Source of the DNA: a virus
Reading direction: 5' to 3' (one strand)
Length of the DNA stretch: 64,000 nucleotides
Virus record (IMG/VR): IMGVR_UViG_3300013131_004609
Location: 4,751 to 68,750 of that record
Numbering within the stretch: the stretch's first letter is position 1; every line of letters begins with the position of its first letter. The translations under genes and the position numbers were made by a program. The notes below the pieces were generated by a model, which was not told where the DNA came from, did not search any database, and was given only the letters and a program-made list of their open reading frames with translations. Shown here in pieces: positions 8,748 through 19,257 of this stretch.

Positions 8748-11700
8748 TCAGTATTTCTTTACTCTTCCAACTATTTGCTGGACTAAAAATGTGTCGTCTA
8801 TCGCTCTTCTCTCTCCAATGTAGTTGTTCTGATGCTTGTAGAGATGTTTGTGTCTCTCCAGCATGTGTGATTCTATCACGTAGTTTGTTCCTTTGTAGAT
8901 AGTCTTGCTGGGTATCAGCTGCTCCACAAAAGATGATATCGATATGTCGAACCATCTGTAGAACTCCAAGAATTTTCTGAAATCAGGTTTTCCTGACAAA
9001 CGATTGAAATACACGTCTCTCAAGTTTTCTAGGTCCGGGTAGTCTGGAGAGAACGCCATTTCAGGACTGCCCAGAATGTCTCCAAGAAGATCAAATGAGG
9101 AGAACATGTTTACCATATCCTTGTCGAGAGAATCTACCATTGAGAACTCAATGGACAAACGCAAGTCGTCTTGAGGCTCCTCCTGGAGAAAGAATGTGTC
9201 GCTCAGGTAAGTCGCAGAGAGAACAGCTTGTGGATTTTCAAGAACCAAGCTGTTGTCTTCAAAGCTTCTTATCCTTACCTTGTCGCTTATTGAAGATTCA
9301 TCAAAAGTAGGTGACAGATAGGAATAGTTGAAGATGTCACCTCTCAAGACTTGAGTCCCCGATAAGAAACCTGTGCCCCTTGTGACAACATTATTCTGAC
9401 TGAAATCCAAGAATTCTATTTCACCAATACTTGTGGCATTCTTGGTAGGCTGCTTTGTCAGTGTGTCTAGTCTAAGCTTCTGAAAAGATCCTGATATCTT
9501 GTTCACGTAGTTGTAGTTGACTAGGGGATTTGATACTCCTACCGACTTTGGATTTCTTACGTGCTCTTTCCACTCTGATTCGGACAATCCTTTCGACCAA
9601 AATCTAAGATTTGAAGCCCATCCAAAAAACTGTGTGGTTCTCGCTATGGGATCAGATGACGTAGTATCGTTTAGAAACAGGTAAGATCCCATCGGAGTAC
9701 CCGTAGGAATATTTTGGTTTTCGCCCATGCTTATGTAGGTTCCCGACACATTGTGTTGCGTGGATCCACTTCTAAATACGTTGCCCTCAGCGAGAGGCTG
9801 CTCAAAGAAGTAAGACGACGTAGTATAAAGATCGTTCAACTCTCCTGATTCCGTCTTTCCTACTCTCAGGTAGTAAGACGATGACCTAACAGAGTCTATC
9901 TCATCGTTTCTCATGCAGCCAATCGCCACATTCCACTTGTCTCCGTCGAAGATACCCTTTCCTTTCATGTCTAGCGTCAAATGAAGCAGAGGAGAAGACG
10001 TCGACATGCCAGGTCTCACGAAAGCCTGAACTGAAGCGATACTGCGCGGGTAATCATTGAATTGCGTCGCGACGACGTTGACCACAAGACCTGGGTCTGC
10101 TGTCGCAGAGCTGCCTGTGACGATCATTCTCATCAAAGACTGGCCGTTGAGATCAGTTATTAGATCGATTCTCTCATTATTGAATTTGAAAAGTCCTTCC
10201 ATGTTCCAAGAACCAGAAGTGTGCAAACCGTCCCACACGTAGTCCGTGTCTATATTGGCACCAAGAGATGACTTTACAAATGTACCTCTTGGATGTGGGT
10301 AGCCTGGTTCTGGGCGTGAACTTGAAAGAGGCGTCGTTACTACGAGCGACGAACCAGTGAATTCAGCCATTGAACCCACTTCTATTCTGTTTTCTCTCGA
10401 GTCTTTTAATTGCTTTACGGTCGATCCACCGTATTCTCTTATTCTCAGGCTATTTTCCGGGTCTATTCCTATGGACCTCAAAAAAGACCTTATGCTGTGC
10501 TGTGTTCCCTTCGACCTGACGATGTCAGGCATGTTGACCAAAACTCTTCTGAGAAGAATAGACTGTATCTTCTTCAAAGGTGTGTTGATGTTCGTTAGAC
10601 CCGCTATGTTTTGACCTTCGGCGAATTGCTCGACGTTTGCGTTGCTGAAGAACTTGGGAAGGTAGAATCCGTATTGACGTACGAGGTCTTCTAAGAAGTT
10701 GTCTGGTGTTGTTTCGTTCAGCTCGTAGTCGACAGTTTTTAGAGTTCCAAATGCATCTACGTACATCTTAAGTTCGTCAAAAAACTTTGCCCAGATGTAT
10801 AAGAAAGTCAAGATTATCTGAACGGATCCTCTTTTCCCCTGTCCCGGGATGCCTTCACCAGTATAGGGAGAACCACCGTTGCCCTCCACGTCACTGAATC
10901 CGTCTTCGAGCGCTCCTTCGAGAAGATAGTGCTTGGGTACTAGTCTTATGATGTTGTTCGGATTTTTTGCGTCGTAGAGACTTGCTGACGTCAAGAGATC
11001 GATGTTGAGTGAAGTCACATCTGCATATGCAGGAAACAGGACTTTCTTAAATTCATCCCGCTCGTCTGTAAGTGGGCTTTTTGTGTCGTCTTCATTATCA
11101 CTCCTTAAGTCGAACGAAAAGTTACTGACATTAGAGTGCAGGGAGTTGCCTGAGCTGTCGAGAACGACCGAGTCTATAGAAGAATTTCCATTGAACGAGA
11201 GAGAACCTGACGGTTCATTAAATCTATAGTAGAGTTTCAGGTCTGGTGATGAGTATATACCTTTGGAGGCGTACAGTTTTTGAAGTCTCTCGTCTCTCAC
11301 GGAATGAAAGATCCTGACTTCGTCAAGAGAACCACTGAACGTCTGATTGGGAGTGACGAGAGTGTTACTCTTGAAGAAAGAGCTGCCCGATCCTATCACA
11401 AAGTCCGAAGAGTCTATGTTGAGTTTGTCGAATCTTATTCTGCTGACACTCTCAGCAACTAGACCTTCATTTCTATAGAAATCTAGTTTGTGCTCTCGTA
11501 CGTTTTCTTTGTTGAGTATGACGCAGACGTGATTGTATTCACCTTTTCTCAGAGTACCTTCCACGTAGTTTCTACTGGATCCTGAGCATACACTGAAAAC
11601 TGCATTGACGTCCGTCGTCGACGCAGAAGGTTCTAAGTAAAAAGTAAAAGCGTCTTGTTGCGTTGATCTCTTCTGAAAGATTACTTGTGTACTGTTCGCC

Positions 11701-12245
11701 ATTTCCGGTATGTACACAAGAGCCTCGAGGGACAGTGAAGTCTCATCTCCCGGATTCAGCACTACTTCTCCAGAGTTATTCTTCGATAGCTCAGGATACA
11801 GTGTTCCAGACTTATCTTTTACGACGATCCATGAGCCATCTATCTGTGTTGTCCCTGAAGAGCCAGAGAATCTCAGAGAGCCAGTCCACGTCGGGAATCT
11901 GTCGAACACCCATTTCTCGAAACCTGTGAGAGAGTCTAGGAAGGATTCAACTTCTCTTTTAGATCCATCGAAAGGGTAACCGTTGATGATCTTGTTGAAT
12001 GCCTCGTTGACTTTTACTTCAGCAGAAGAGAAGAAGCAGTGATTTTCAAAGAACGACCAGTCCAAGTTTAACTGCTGTGTGCTCTTCAGCGGATAACCAA
12101 GTGGGTCGTACTTGAAAGAGTCATCACTGCCCGTATTTGAATCTGTCAGGTTGAAATCTGAGTAAGAAAGTTGTACGGGCTTGGAGTCCTGTACAGCAGA
12201 CTTCATGAAGGACGGTACGTAAGGTGAGTTGGACCTAGTGCTCAT
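8748..12245 (-). CDS. Baseplate wedge-like protein (tail protein I/gp7-like core) with two LamG/concanavalin-like domains
   Basis: LVRQYGF...RRVLVNMPDIVRSKGTQHSIRSFLRSIGI core; LamG signatures YNHVCVIL..FSGSLDEVRIFH and WNVAIG..NLRFWSKGLSESE. Confidence 0.7.
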   Translation of the reverse strand: MSTRSNSPYVPSFMKSAVQDSKPVQLSYSDFNLTDSNTGSDDSFKYDPLGYPLKSTQQLNLDWSFFENHCFFSSAEVKVNEAFNKIINGYPFDGSKREVESFLDSLTGFEKWVFDRFPTWTGSLRFSGSSGTTQIDGSWIVVKDKSGTLYPELSKNNSGEVVLNPGDETSLSLEALVYIPEMANSTQVIFQKRSTQQDAFTFYLEPSASTTDVNAVFSVCSGSSRNYVEGTLRKGEYNHVCVILNKENVREHKLDFYRNEGLVAESVSRIRFDKLNIDSSDFVIGSGSSFFKSNTLVTPNQTFSGSLDEVRIFHSVRDERLQKLYASKGIYSSPDLKLYYRFNEPSGSLSFNGNSSIDSVVLDSSGNSLHSNVSNFSFDLRSDNEDDTKSPLTDERDEFKKVLFPAYADVTSLNIDLLTSASLYDAKNPNNIIRLVPKHYLLEGALEDGFSDVEGNGGSPYTGEGIPGQGKRGSVQIILTFLYIWAKFFDELKMYVDAFGTLKTVDYELNETTPDNFLEDLVRQYGFYLPKFFSNANVEQFAEGQNIAGLTNINTPLKKIQSILLRRVLVNMPDIVRSKGTQHSIRSFLRSIGIDPENSLRIREYGGSTVKQLKDSRENRIEVGSMAEFTGSSLVVTTPLSSSRPEPGYPHPRGTFVKSSLGANIDTDYVWDGLHTSGSWNMEGLFKFNNERIDLITDLNGQSLMRMIVTGSSATADPGLVVNVVATQFNDYPRSIASVQAFVRPGMSTSSPLLHLTLDMKGKGIFDGDKWNVAIGCMRNDEIDSVRSSSYYLRVGKTESGELNDLYTTSSYFFEQPLAEGNVFRSGSTQHNVSGTYISMGENQNIPTGTPMGSYLFLNDTTSSDPIARTTQFFGWASNLRFWSKGLSESEWKEHVRNPKSVGVSNPLVNYNYVNKISGSFQKLRLDTLTKQPTKNATSIGEIEFLDFSQNNVVTRGTGFLSGTQVLRGDIFNYSYLSPTFDESSISDKVRIRSFEDNSLVLENPQAVLSATYLSDTFFLQEEPQDDLRLSIEFSMVDSLDKDMVNMFSSFDLLGDILGSPEMAFSPDYPDLENLRDVYFNRLSGKPDFRKFLEFYRWFDISISSFVEQLIPSKTIYKGTNYVIESHMLERHKHLYKHQNNYIGERRAIDDTFLVQQIVGRVKKY

Positions 12246-12257
12246 TCTTTGATCCCG

Positions 12258-13766
12258 TTATGATCCGCTCAAGATTCTGAAAGCAGGTGATGAGTTTAGG
12301 TATTTTGTCTTCACGCCGTTGTGGTTTATCATCAAGTCAAAGATGTAAGTTCTTCCTACTATTAGTCCTGATGTGTAGAATTTAAAGAACATTCCTGAGG
12401 CATCGCTTGAAACTTTTGTCGAATTTCTCACGTCGTCGAAAGGAACCACGACTTCATTTGTCACGGCGTCTCTCAACTGGTAGTGTACTTCCCTTATGAC
12501 GACGCCTGCTAGCTCGACTGGGGTTTTTGTAACCTTGATCAGAGGAGAAGTTTGATCAAATATGTTTACTCTGACGTATACTTCTTCGTTGTCGTAGTAT
12601 GTGTTCTTGACGTCATACAAGTTCACCACATACTTCTTCAGTCCTCTAGAAGAAGTCCTAGTTGCCGGTGATGACGTTAAATTACTACCTGTAACATATG
12701 CCACTGTTTGATCGAGCGAAGTCCAAATGGGCGTGAAAACTACAGAACCCGACAAAGCTATCTTTGACTTTATTGTAGCGTCGGACGAAGGTAAAGTCAC
12801 GGACGCTGTGTAAGTTCCGCTAACATAATTCGATCCATAAGAGAATTGCGATCCTGAGAAGTAGAGGCTGTAATAACCACCAGATATTTCAGTCGACATC
12901 TTGAGGAGTAGGCTGTTACTTCCTGTCACTTGAGACAAACTACTTCCTGAGACGATGTTTGTCAGACTACCTCCGACGTAATTGTAGAGTGTTATGTTGC
13001 ACGGAGAGTCAAAGGTTAAATTCTGAGAATCGTCTGTTATAGAATCATCGAATCCGACAATAAGCCTTGGATGCTTAGACTCATCAAAAGCGTTACGTGA
13101 AGCAAATCTTTTTACGAAATAAGTTTGGGTATTGACTTCCAATGACTTTAATAAAGATATTCTAAAACCACTGTCGGGTATCTCTCCTGTCAGTGTTGCT
13201 GACAGGAGAGATGTGACGTCCACCACGAGGTCCTCTGTCCCTTTTACGAAAGTTTGATTTTTCTCTGTTGAAGCTAAGCTCAATGAACTTGTCACGTAGT
13301 CTCCTGGAGAGCTTTGAGCATCGCAATCCTTTTCGCTTCCCGTCACATACCACAGAGTTCCGAGCGACGAAGTAATCCAGTTGCAAGAATCTGTGTCAGA
13401 ATAGTAGGTGACGTCTCGTCCTATTCCTTCGTCAAATGAGGCGGACAATGGAAAGACGCTGACAGAGAAGTTAGCAGGAGTAGGCTGCCCACCATACACG
13501 TCTTTGAGACGAAGTTCACACCAGAAGCTAGAGTCGTTTATGTCGATTTTCCCATCTCGATGGAGTGACTTCAGATCTGTCAAGTCAAAATGAACTAGAA
13601 TCCTTGACACTTCTGTGTTCGGGGAAGAGCCGCTGCTCGTCACGCCGTAAAGCTTGAAGAGATCGAGAGTGCCTGCCGCTCCGACATTGCTCCCCGTCTT
13701 CCTGACTCCCTTCACCACTTTGTTTGTGATGTAAGTGTCTTTGTCTGCTTTAATTAGTTTCAGCAT
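12258..13766 (-). CDS. Putative virion protein with DNRLRE-like N-terminal domain
   Basis: ADKDTYI...SRILVHFDL...LRL...GFRI...FASR...PRLIV pattern; 9 [ST]GS motifs by manual count. Confidence 0.6.
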   Translation of the reverse strand: MLKLIKADKDTYITNKVVKGVRKTGSNVGAAGTLDLFKLYGVTSSGSSPNTEVSRILVHFDLTDLKSLHRDGKIDINDSSFWCELRLKDVYGGQPTPANFSVSVFPLSASFDEGIGRDVTYYSDTDSCNWITSSLGTLWYVTGSEKDCDAQSSPGDYVTSSLSLASTEKNQTFVKGTEDLVVDVTSLLSATLTGEIPDSGFRISLLKSLEVNTQTYFVKRFASRNAFDESKHPRLIVGFDDSITDDSQNLTFDSPCNITLYNYVGGSLTNIVSGSSLSQVTGSNSLLLKMSTEISGGYYSLYFSGSQFSYGSNYVSGTYTASVTLPSSDATIKSKIALSGSVVFTPIWTSLDQTVAYVTGSNLTSSPATRTSSRGLKKYVVNLYDVKNTYYDNEEVYVRVNIFDQTSPLIKVTKTPVELAGVVIREVHYQLRDAVTNEVVVPFDDVRNSTKVSSDASGMFFKFYTSGLIVGRTYIFDLMINHNGVKTKYLNSSPAFRILSGS

Positions 13767-13774
13767 TGGTCCTC

Positions 13775-15646
13775 TTACGTGTTAGACACGCACTTTCCGA
13801 TTATGTTGATGTCAGGATATTTTATCTCAAATATCGATCCCTCTGGTGGGTAGATAATCTGATTCTTTGTGTTTGTGGACACGTCGAAGTTTATTGGTGA
13901 GTACTCTTTGTTCTTCACGGTTCCGTACAGATTATTGAATTTAACTCTGTCCACAGATATCACACCGGGTTTTGAGAATATTGTTGCAATGACATCTGAG
14001 ATCACTATCGGCTGTCCTATGTTGAAGTTGGTTAGCTGAAACTGAGACTTGAGGTCCGTTATTATGCTTTGAAGCAAGAGGCTCTTGTTGAGTGACGGAT
14101 CTACTACTATCTGAAAAAATAGCTCTAGATTGACGATCGAAGCGTCCATGACGTCTATTGCGTCCGACACCATTCTGTACGCATTCAAGTATCTCTTGAG
14201 ATTCAACTTTAAAGCGTCAGGAGAAGTTATCAATTGATTCTGCGAGTTTCTGGAGACTATGTAAAGTCTCGACGCCAGCGGGTTGTTTGGGTTCTTAGTT
14301 ATGGCTGCTCTGAAGACTCTTCCGAAGTTGCTTGGCATCGTGTAGACCCTTGTCAGAAGGTCTTCCTTCGTCACAATTCTCTCTTGCGAGTTCTTGATCG
14401 TCGGAACCAGAGCGAGAAGATCGTCGGCAGTGGGAGCGTCCTCTCCGCCCGATGCAACTTGTGGGTTCGTCGCCTCGACCGTCCTTCTGACTTGTGCCTG
14501 TTCTGACGCAGATGGATTATTAGGAAAAGCTATTCTCAAGTCCGTTATGCTTCTGATCGTATTTACGTTGACGTTGTGGGAGAGTCCGCCGCCGTGTCTG
14601 TAGGTTACCGTGAGAGTAGTGTTTGACGCCGCGATTCCCAATGTTGAAGTCTGCAACATCTTCTGGGGATTCACGGGGACTCTTGAGAAGGTCTGCGAGA
14701 AAGGAAGCGGCAAGGAGAACTCAGATGGGTCAGGTATGACGTCGTCTTCGAGGTTGTCAGCAGTTCCTCCTCCGAACACCAGCGTCGTCTTTCTGTTGCT
14801 AAGAGATACTTCTTTTACAAATCTGTACGGTGCAGGAACTATTTTTAGGTTGTCCTTCACGAGAGAGTTTGTTGTCGAGTTGTCTACGAGGTTGAGGACG
14901 TTCCTGTACACGACGTCATGCGTTAGACTTCCTACTTCATAATAGACGTTGCCCAGTCCATCGACTACTCTCAGGATCTGTGTCACATCAGACTGTGACA
15001 AGGATAATCTTCTAAACTGTATGAACTCTCCTACAGAGAACGTTTCGGTCGTCAGATTTCCTGACGTGCACAGACCGGTCTTCTTCAAGATCTTGCTGAT
15101 TATCTTCCCGCCTATCCGTCTACCATTGACCGGAGGTATGGAAGGATCTAGAATGAGGGCGCCCGTGGAAGAGTCGACTGACCAGAATTTCACGTCCTCT
15201 AGAAGTGTGAACTGTGTGCCGTTGTCTGCCTGAATAATTGTTCCTTCTTGTACGGTAGGAAGGAAGTCGGGGTCTGGTGAGAGATCTGAGTCTGACAGTA
15301 CTGGTACTTCTATGTAGAAGTCTACGTTTGCGAGCGCCGCAGAAGCACCTACCACAGGTACGCCTGCACTTCTCAAGATCTTCTCGACGTTCTGTGTCTC
15401 TACGACCGTCTCGTTGTTTAGCTCTCCGTATAGGTGGTCCAGGTAGAACGATAGATTGTCTCCTACGTATGCCGCCATGTCCAAGAACAATCCTCCCACG
15501 GATGCCTCTGAGAAGTCCTGTATTCTGTCCGGGTAATACTGACGTGCATAGTCGAGCAATACTGTCCTGAAACTGTCAAAGTCTCTGGCCAGGTAGTTTC
15601 TCTGTCTGATTGACTTCAGTGCTGTCTTGTTGTCGTTGATCGCCAT
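13775..15646 (-). CDS. Baseplate wedge subunit (T4 gp6 / baseplate J-like)
   Basis: NYLARDFDSFR..L..YA..YYP..QDFSEASVG..FLDM.AYVGD.LSFY; GGEDAPT; SQERIVTKEDL..R...MP. Confidence 0.85.
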   Translation of the reverse strand: MAINDNKTALKSIRQRNYLARDFDSFRTVLLDYARQYYPDRIQDFSEASVGGLFLDMAAYVGDNLSFYLDHLYGELNNETVVETQNVEKILRSAGVPVVGASAALANVDFYIEVPVLSDSDLSPDPDFLPTVQEGTIIQADNGTQFTLLEDVKFWSVDSSTGALILDPSIPPVNGRRIGGKIISKILKKTGLCTSGNLTTETFSVGEFIQFRRLSLSQSDVTQILRVVDGLGNVYYEVGSLTHDVVYRNVLNLVDNSTTNSLVKDNLKIVPAPYRFVKEVSLSNRKTTLVFGGGTADNLEDDVIPDPSEFSLPLPFSQTFSRVPVNPQKMLQTSTLGIAASNTTLTVTYRHGGGLSHNVNVNTIRSITDLRIAFPNNPSASEQAQVRRTVEATNPQVASGGEDAPTADDLLALVPTIKNSQERIVTKEDLLTRVYTMPSNFGRVFRAAITKNPNNPLASRLYIVSRNSQNQLITSPDALKLNLKRYLNAYRMVSDAIDVMDASIVNLELFFQIVVDPSLNKSLLLQSIITDLKSQFQLTNFNIGQPIVISDVIATIFSKPGVISVDRVKFNNLYGTVKNKEYSPINFDVSTNTKNQIIYPPEGSIFEIKYPDINIIGKCVSNT

Positions 15647-15679
15647 CTTTGGACCTGACTTTTCATAAATAAGAAATCT

Positions 15680-16147
15680 TCATATCACATACAAAACAAT
15701 TTGCAAACCTTTTTTATAGACATCCAAGTTTGGTATGTTGTAAGTTATGTTAACTTTTATGACACCCGTATTTCTGTTGTCCATTCTATCAACTTCTGAA
15801 GAGAAGTCTTCTAAATCTATGAACGGCATCCAAGTGTCGACTGCGTCTTTGATTCTGTTCACTGCCTCGTTGTCAAAGTTGTCCTGAGAGACGAACTCTG
15901 TCGTCAGCGGTCTCAGGTTGGCCCCAAAGTTGTAAAGTCCAAGACGCTCACCCCAGTTTGTTAGGAGTAAATTCCTCAAATTGTCAGCAAACTGCTCCTC
16001 AAGGCTGTAGTTCATCTCGAGGATACCGTCCTTTGCGCCGATCTTCAGAGGCGTCTTTATTCCATAAGGTATCTGGGAAGTCTCGAGACTCTCATCCTCT
16101 ACGTTCTGTTGGGTCTTTCCCACACTCTTGAAGCTATACACTGCCAT
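15680..16147 (-). CDS. Baseplate gp25-like (sheath initiator) protein
   Basis: QFADNLRNLLLTNWGERLG.YNFG..LR...I.DAVDTWMPFI motif; next to gp6-like gene. Confidence 0.85.
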   Translation of the reverse strand: MAVYSFKSVGKTQQNVEDESLETSQIPYGIKTPLKIGAKDGILEMNYSLEEQFADNLRNLLLTNWGERLGLYNFGANLRPLTTEFVSQDNFDNEAVNRIKDAVDTWMPFIDLEDFSSEVDRMDNRNTGVIKVNITYNIPNLDVYKKGLQIVLYVI

Positions 16148-16220
16148 GTGACTAACTATTGACACGAAAATTTAGTCGACCTCGACTTTACTTGTTATCG
16201 TCAAAATCTAATATAGACAA

Positions 16221-16547
16221 ATGCCTTTAACGGATGAATTAGCGGATCAAATTGCTTCTAAAGTGAGCAAAGAAATAGTGAGAAGTACTGTTCCTGCTGC
16301 AAACAGACCACCATCTTTAGGTGCAGCCGAACAAGGTAAAATTGAGAAAAACTGGGAAGAAATAATCAAACTGATAGTGAAAGAAGTTTTCACCCAGATA
16401 AAGGCTCAGGCTGTCATAAAAATAGACAATTTCAGCATTACAGGAGTTCCTTCTGAAAAAGCTACTTTGACGGCCCCACCGGGCGGCGGTCTTGTCGCAG
16501 GAACAATTTCTCCACCTACTAATCCGATTACAGGAAAGATCACTTAA
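16221..16547 (+). CDS. Small protein between gp5-like and gp25-like genes, on the opposite strand
   Basis: 108 aa, helical N-half and Gly/Pro/Thr-rich C-terminus; fills a gap with no comparable minus-strand gene. Confidence 0.6.
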   Translation: MPLTDELADQIASKVSKEIVRSTVPAANRPPSLGAAEQGKIEKNWEEIIKLIVKEVFTQIKAQAVIKIDNFSITGVPSEKATLTAPPGGGLVAGTISPPTNPITGKIT

Positions 16548-18036
16548 TAAGGATCTTTGTGGCAAATTCTCCCGTGGATGCGTTACCCGTTACGCCCATC
16601 GCTCCGCCAATTGTGTCGACGAGCGGCTGACCGATGACTTTACCTGATGTTGCAGTGGTAACTTTAGAACACAAAACTGCGAGGTCAGCATCATCGCCAC
16701 CTAGTTTTACGAAGCCGTCGTTTGATGGGCTAATGACGATGTCACCGTTCTTCTTTATGACGATCGATGCCCAGTCACTTGTAGCAGTTTTCTCTGCTTT
16801 TATCTTCTTTTTTGTCTCTGAAGGTTTGCCAGGTGGGTCGATTAGTGTTTCTTCAAATCCTGTGACAACAATCTCGATGTCAGAACGTGCTATCAGACGA
16901 ACTTTGTCAGACTTTATCACTATTGCTGCATCACCGTCTTTGTCGTCTTCGACCGTTTGCTTGCGATATTTTGGAGTTCCGTCAAATTTTTCTTTGTTAT
17001 AACTTTTTAGTCCAAAATATTCGTCTGTAGAAGTCCTCTGTGATATCAGGACTCTGCTCCTGTCGTTCTTAAAGTCTGGGTCTCCCTCGTTCGGTTTGAG
17101 GACGTCGAGAGATTTATTTAACTCTCTCTTTATCTCTTCGCCTCTGTCTTTACCTTTCTCCTTGAATATGGAGGTCGTCGGAGCTTCAAGTCCAAATGTG
17201 TCGTTTATCTGACCTCTGCCCGCGACTAAGTCTATAGACCCTTGCTCATGTCGAGACTTTTCTATTGATCCGGACCTGTCAGTTCCTAAAACTATGAGGG
17301 TATTATTTGAACCCTCAAAAGCAATGTCACTAGGTCGTTTCCTGAATCTTGGAACAGCTTCATACGTGACATACTGAGCGGCATTAGACTCCAGGACGAG
17401 TCTCTCAAATATGTCTTCTTCCTCGCCCAAGAGAATGGTTCCTTCTGATGCTGTTACTCTCTCTTCTCCTTTTTTGACGACCGGTCCGTTTCTCAACTCG
17501 TGGAAGACGCTCTCGCCGTTGTCTACCTGACCCTTTTGCTGATTGTCCGCCCGCTCCTTTGTTGTGGGTGCGAGAGATATCTCAAACATTCTTCCTGGAT
17601 GAGAATGGTTGACATCGTCAGAAGTGTGAGGCTCTATGACTCTCGACATCCAGAAAGCCATGTCTGAGTTTGGGACTTCAGGTTTCTCGAGCATTGCCCA
17701 CACGCATTCTCCTGGTTTGCACGGAAGAGATATGTGTGACGGAAAGAACGGAAAGACGAACATGGGATTTACTTCTTCACCGACTCTCTTGGCAATTATT
17801 GTATTTCTTGGAAGGAGAGAAGCATACTGCATGTTGGACACACCCATTGAGTGCCAGATGTTTATCTTTTCATCGTCTACTAGATCAACATTGGGGTCGG
17901 TAACAACATCCATCACTATCATTCTTATGAAAGTGGAAGCGTAGGAAGGTGCAGCTTCGTAAGTGTCCCTATTGAGACGACCTTCAGCGACTTTTTGTAG
18001 ATTATTTGCTACGTCTGTAGTGGTTAACTTGGCCAT
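16540..18036 (-). CDS. Baseplate hub / central spike (gp5-like) protein
   Basis: PFFPSHISLPCKPGECVW OB-fold-like motif, DIAFEGSNNTLIVLG and IKSDKVRLIARSDI beta-repeat segments; upstream of gp25/gp6. Confidence 0.65.
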   Translation of the reverse strand: MAKLTTTDVANNLQKVAEGRLNRDTYEAAPSYASTFIRMIVMDVVTDPNVDLVDDEKINIWHSMGVSNMQYASLLPRNTIIAKRVGEEVNPMFVFPFFPSHISLPCKPGECVWAMLEKPEVPNSDMAFWMSRVIEPHTSDDVNHSHPGRMFEISLAPTTKERADNQQKGQVDNGESVFHELRNGPVVKKGEERVTASEGTILLGEEEDIFERLVLESNAAQYVTYEAVPRFRKRPSDIAFEGSNNTLIVLGTDRSGSIEKSRHEQGSIDLVAGRGQINDTFGLEAPTTSIFKEKGKDRGEEIKRELNKSLDVLKPNEGDPDFKNDRSRVLISQRTSTDEYFGLKSYNKEKFDGTPKYRKQTVEDDKDGDAAIVIKSDKVRLIARSDIEIVVTGFEETLIDPPGKPSETKKKIKAEKTATSDWASIVIKKNGDIVISPSNDGFVKLGGDDADLAVLCSKVTTATSGKVIGQPLVDTIGGAMGVTGNASTGEFATKILIK

Positions 18037-18037
18037 T

Positions 18038-18397
18038 CTACGACCCTATCTTCTTAAACATCTCTTCTGGGTCTATGTCTTCTTCTTGCTTCGTTTCAGA
18101 CTTTGAGACAAGTTCTGCTAGTCTTATGATCTGGTCATTTGCCTTGCTCATCCTCTCTATGTAAGTCGCTAGGGTCTTACCGTGGATGGCGTGCTCAGTG
18201 CTCTTATCTTCCACTATCTCTATCAGAGTCGTGAAGAGTATGTAAGCATTCTGCCTGTCTGTGACAGCGTTCTCGTATATCTCTCTCCAGAGCTTCTTCT
18301 TCTTGTCGGAGACGCCGTCTATCTGACCGAGCAAGTCCGAAAAGTCCTTGATCTTGTCATCAATTGTTCCTGTTTTTGTCTTTTGATTCGACTTCAT
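18038..18397 (-). CDS. Hypothetical helical phage protein
   Basis: 119 aa ORF tightly packed between sigma-like and gp5-like genes. Confidence 0.6.
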   Translation of the reverse strand: MKSNQKTKTGTIDDKIKDFSDLLGQIDGVSDKKKKLWREIYENAVTDRQNAYILFTTLIEIVEDKSTEHAIHGKTLATYIERMSKANDQIIRLAELVSKSETKQEEDIDPEEMFKKIGS

Positions 18398-18408
18398 GAC
18401 ATGAAATA

Positions 18409-19248
18409 TTAAGAAATTTTTGAGTCTACCTTCGATTTTTTGTAGTGACGCTTTATGGACTGCATCGCAGTGGTCAACTGTTTCGGAGACAGACCTGACA
18501 GCTCTCTCATGTAAAGCAGAACGGCGCTCTTGTTCAGAAGGTCTATCTCGTCTATGTTTTCAAAGATTGTGATTATAGCATTGATGCAAGTCAATTCGTT
18601 CTCAGTCTTCGCCTTAGAGCGAACTTCGTATAGCATAGTGACAATACTCTCTACAGACGAAGAGGAGTCCATAAAAAAGTCTTGAGGAGGAAGAGTATTG
18701 TGCTCCTCAATCAAGACTGTCTCATGTACGGTCAAACCGCTGGGGTCGTCTAGGCTTACACTCTTTTTGGTCCTCTGAGTCTTCTGTTTTGTCCTGATTA
18801 TCAACCAGTTCTTTGCGACGACGTTGAAGTAGGAGAAAGCGTTTGTGCCTCTCTTGGCGTCGAACTTGTGGATCGTCTCGAACAAGAAATTGACACAGTC
18901 ATTTTTTAGTTCCTCGTACGTGTCGTGCATTCCTGTGAACTTGTGAATGTTGATGAGATTCTCTACGAGCTTCTCAAAAGCTGGCATTATCTGCGTGACA
19001 TAGAGCTTGTCTTTCTCTTTTCTTCTCTCTTCTTCTTGAAATTTGACTATTGCTTCTTGAGTCTCGGCGTTGAAGTAGAGCTTCAAATTGCTCTTCTCTA
19101 CCTTCTTTTCCTTCACTTCAAGCTCTACTGTTACGTCCACACTAATTGACGTCAATTCTAAGGATTCACTTAGAGAATTCTCGACAGACTTTTTGGACTT
19201 CTTCGACTGACGACGTGTCTCCTTTCTTTCTTTTTGCTGTTTCTCCAT
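18409..19248 (-). CDS. RNA polymerase sigma factor, T4 gp55-like (late)
   Basis: YFN..T.EAI..F, DCVNFLFETIHKFDAKRGTNAFSYFNVVAKNWLI = sigma region 2; no canonical region 4.2 motif. Confidence 0.75.
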   Translation of the reverse strand: MEKQQKERKETRRQSKKSKKSVENSLSESLELTSISVDVTVELEVKEKKVEKSNLKLYFNAETQEAIVKFQEEERRKEKDKLYVTQIMPAFEKLVENLINIHKFTGMHDTYEELKNDCVNFLFETIHKFDAKRGTNAFSYFNVVAKNWLIIRTKQKTQRTKKSVSLDDPSGLTVHETVLIEEHNTLPPQDFFMDSSSSVESIVTMLYEVRSKAKTENELTCINAIITIFENIDEIDLLNKSAVLLYMRELSGLSPKQLTTAMQSIKRHYKKSKVDSKIS

Positions 19249-19257
19249 GGCTTAAGT

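Noticed and set aside
8748-18036. Bacterial contractile injection system, tailocin or T6SS
   Set aside because: Context includes gp55-like sigma, gp4-like nuclease, RuvC-like resolvase, tRNAs and no bacterial core genes
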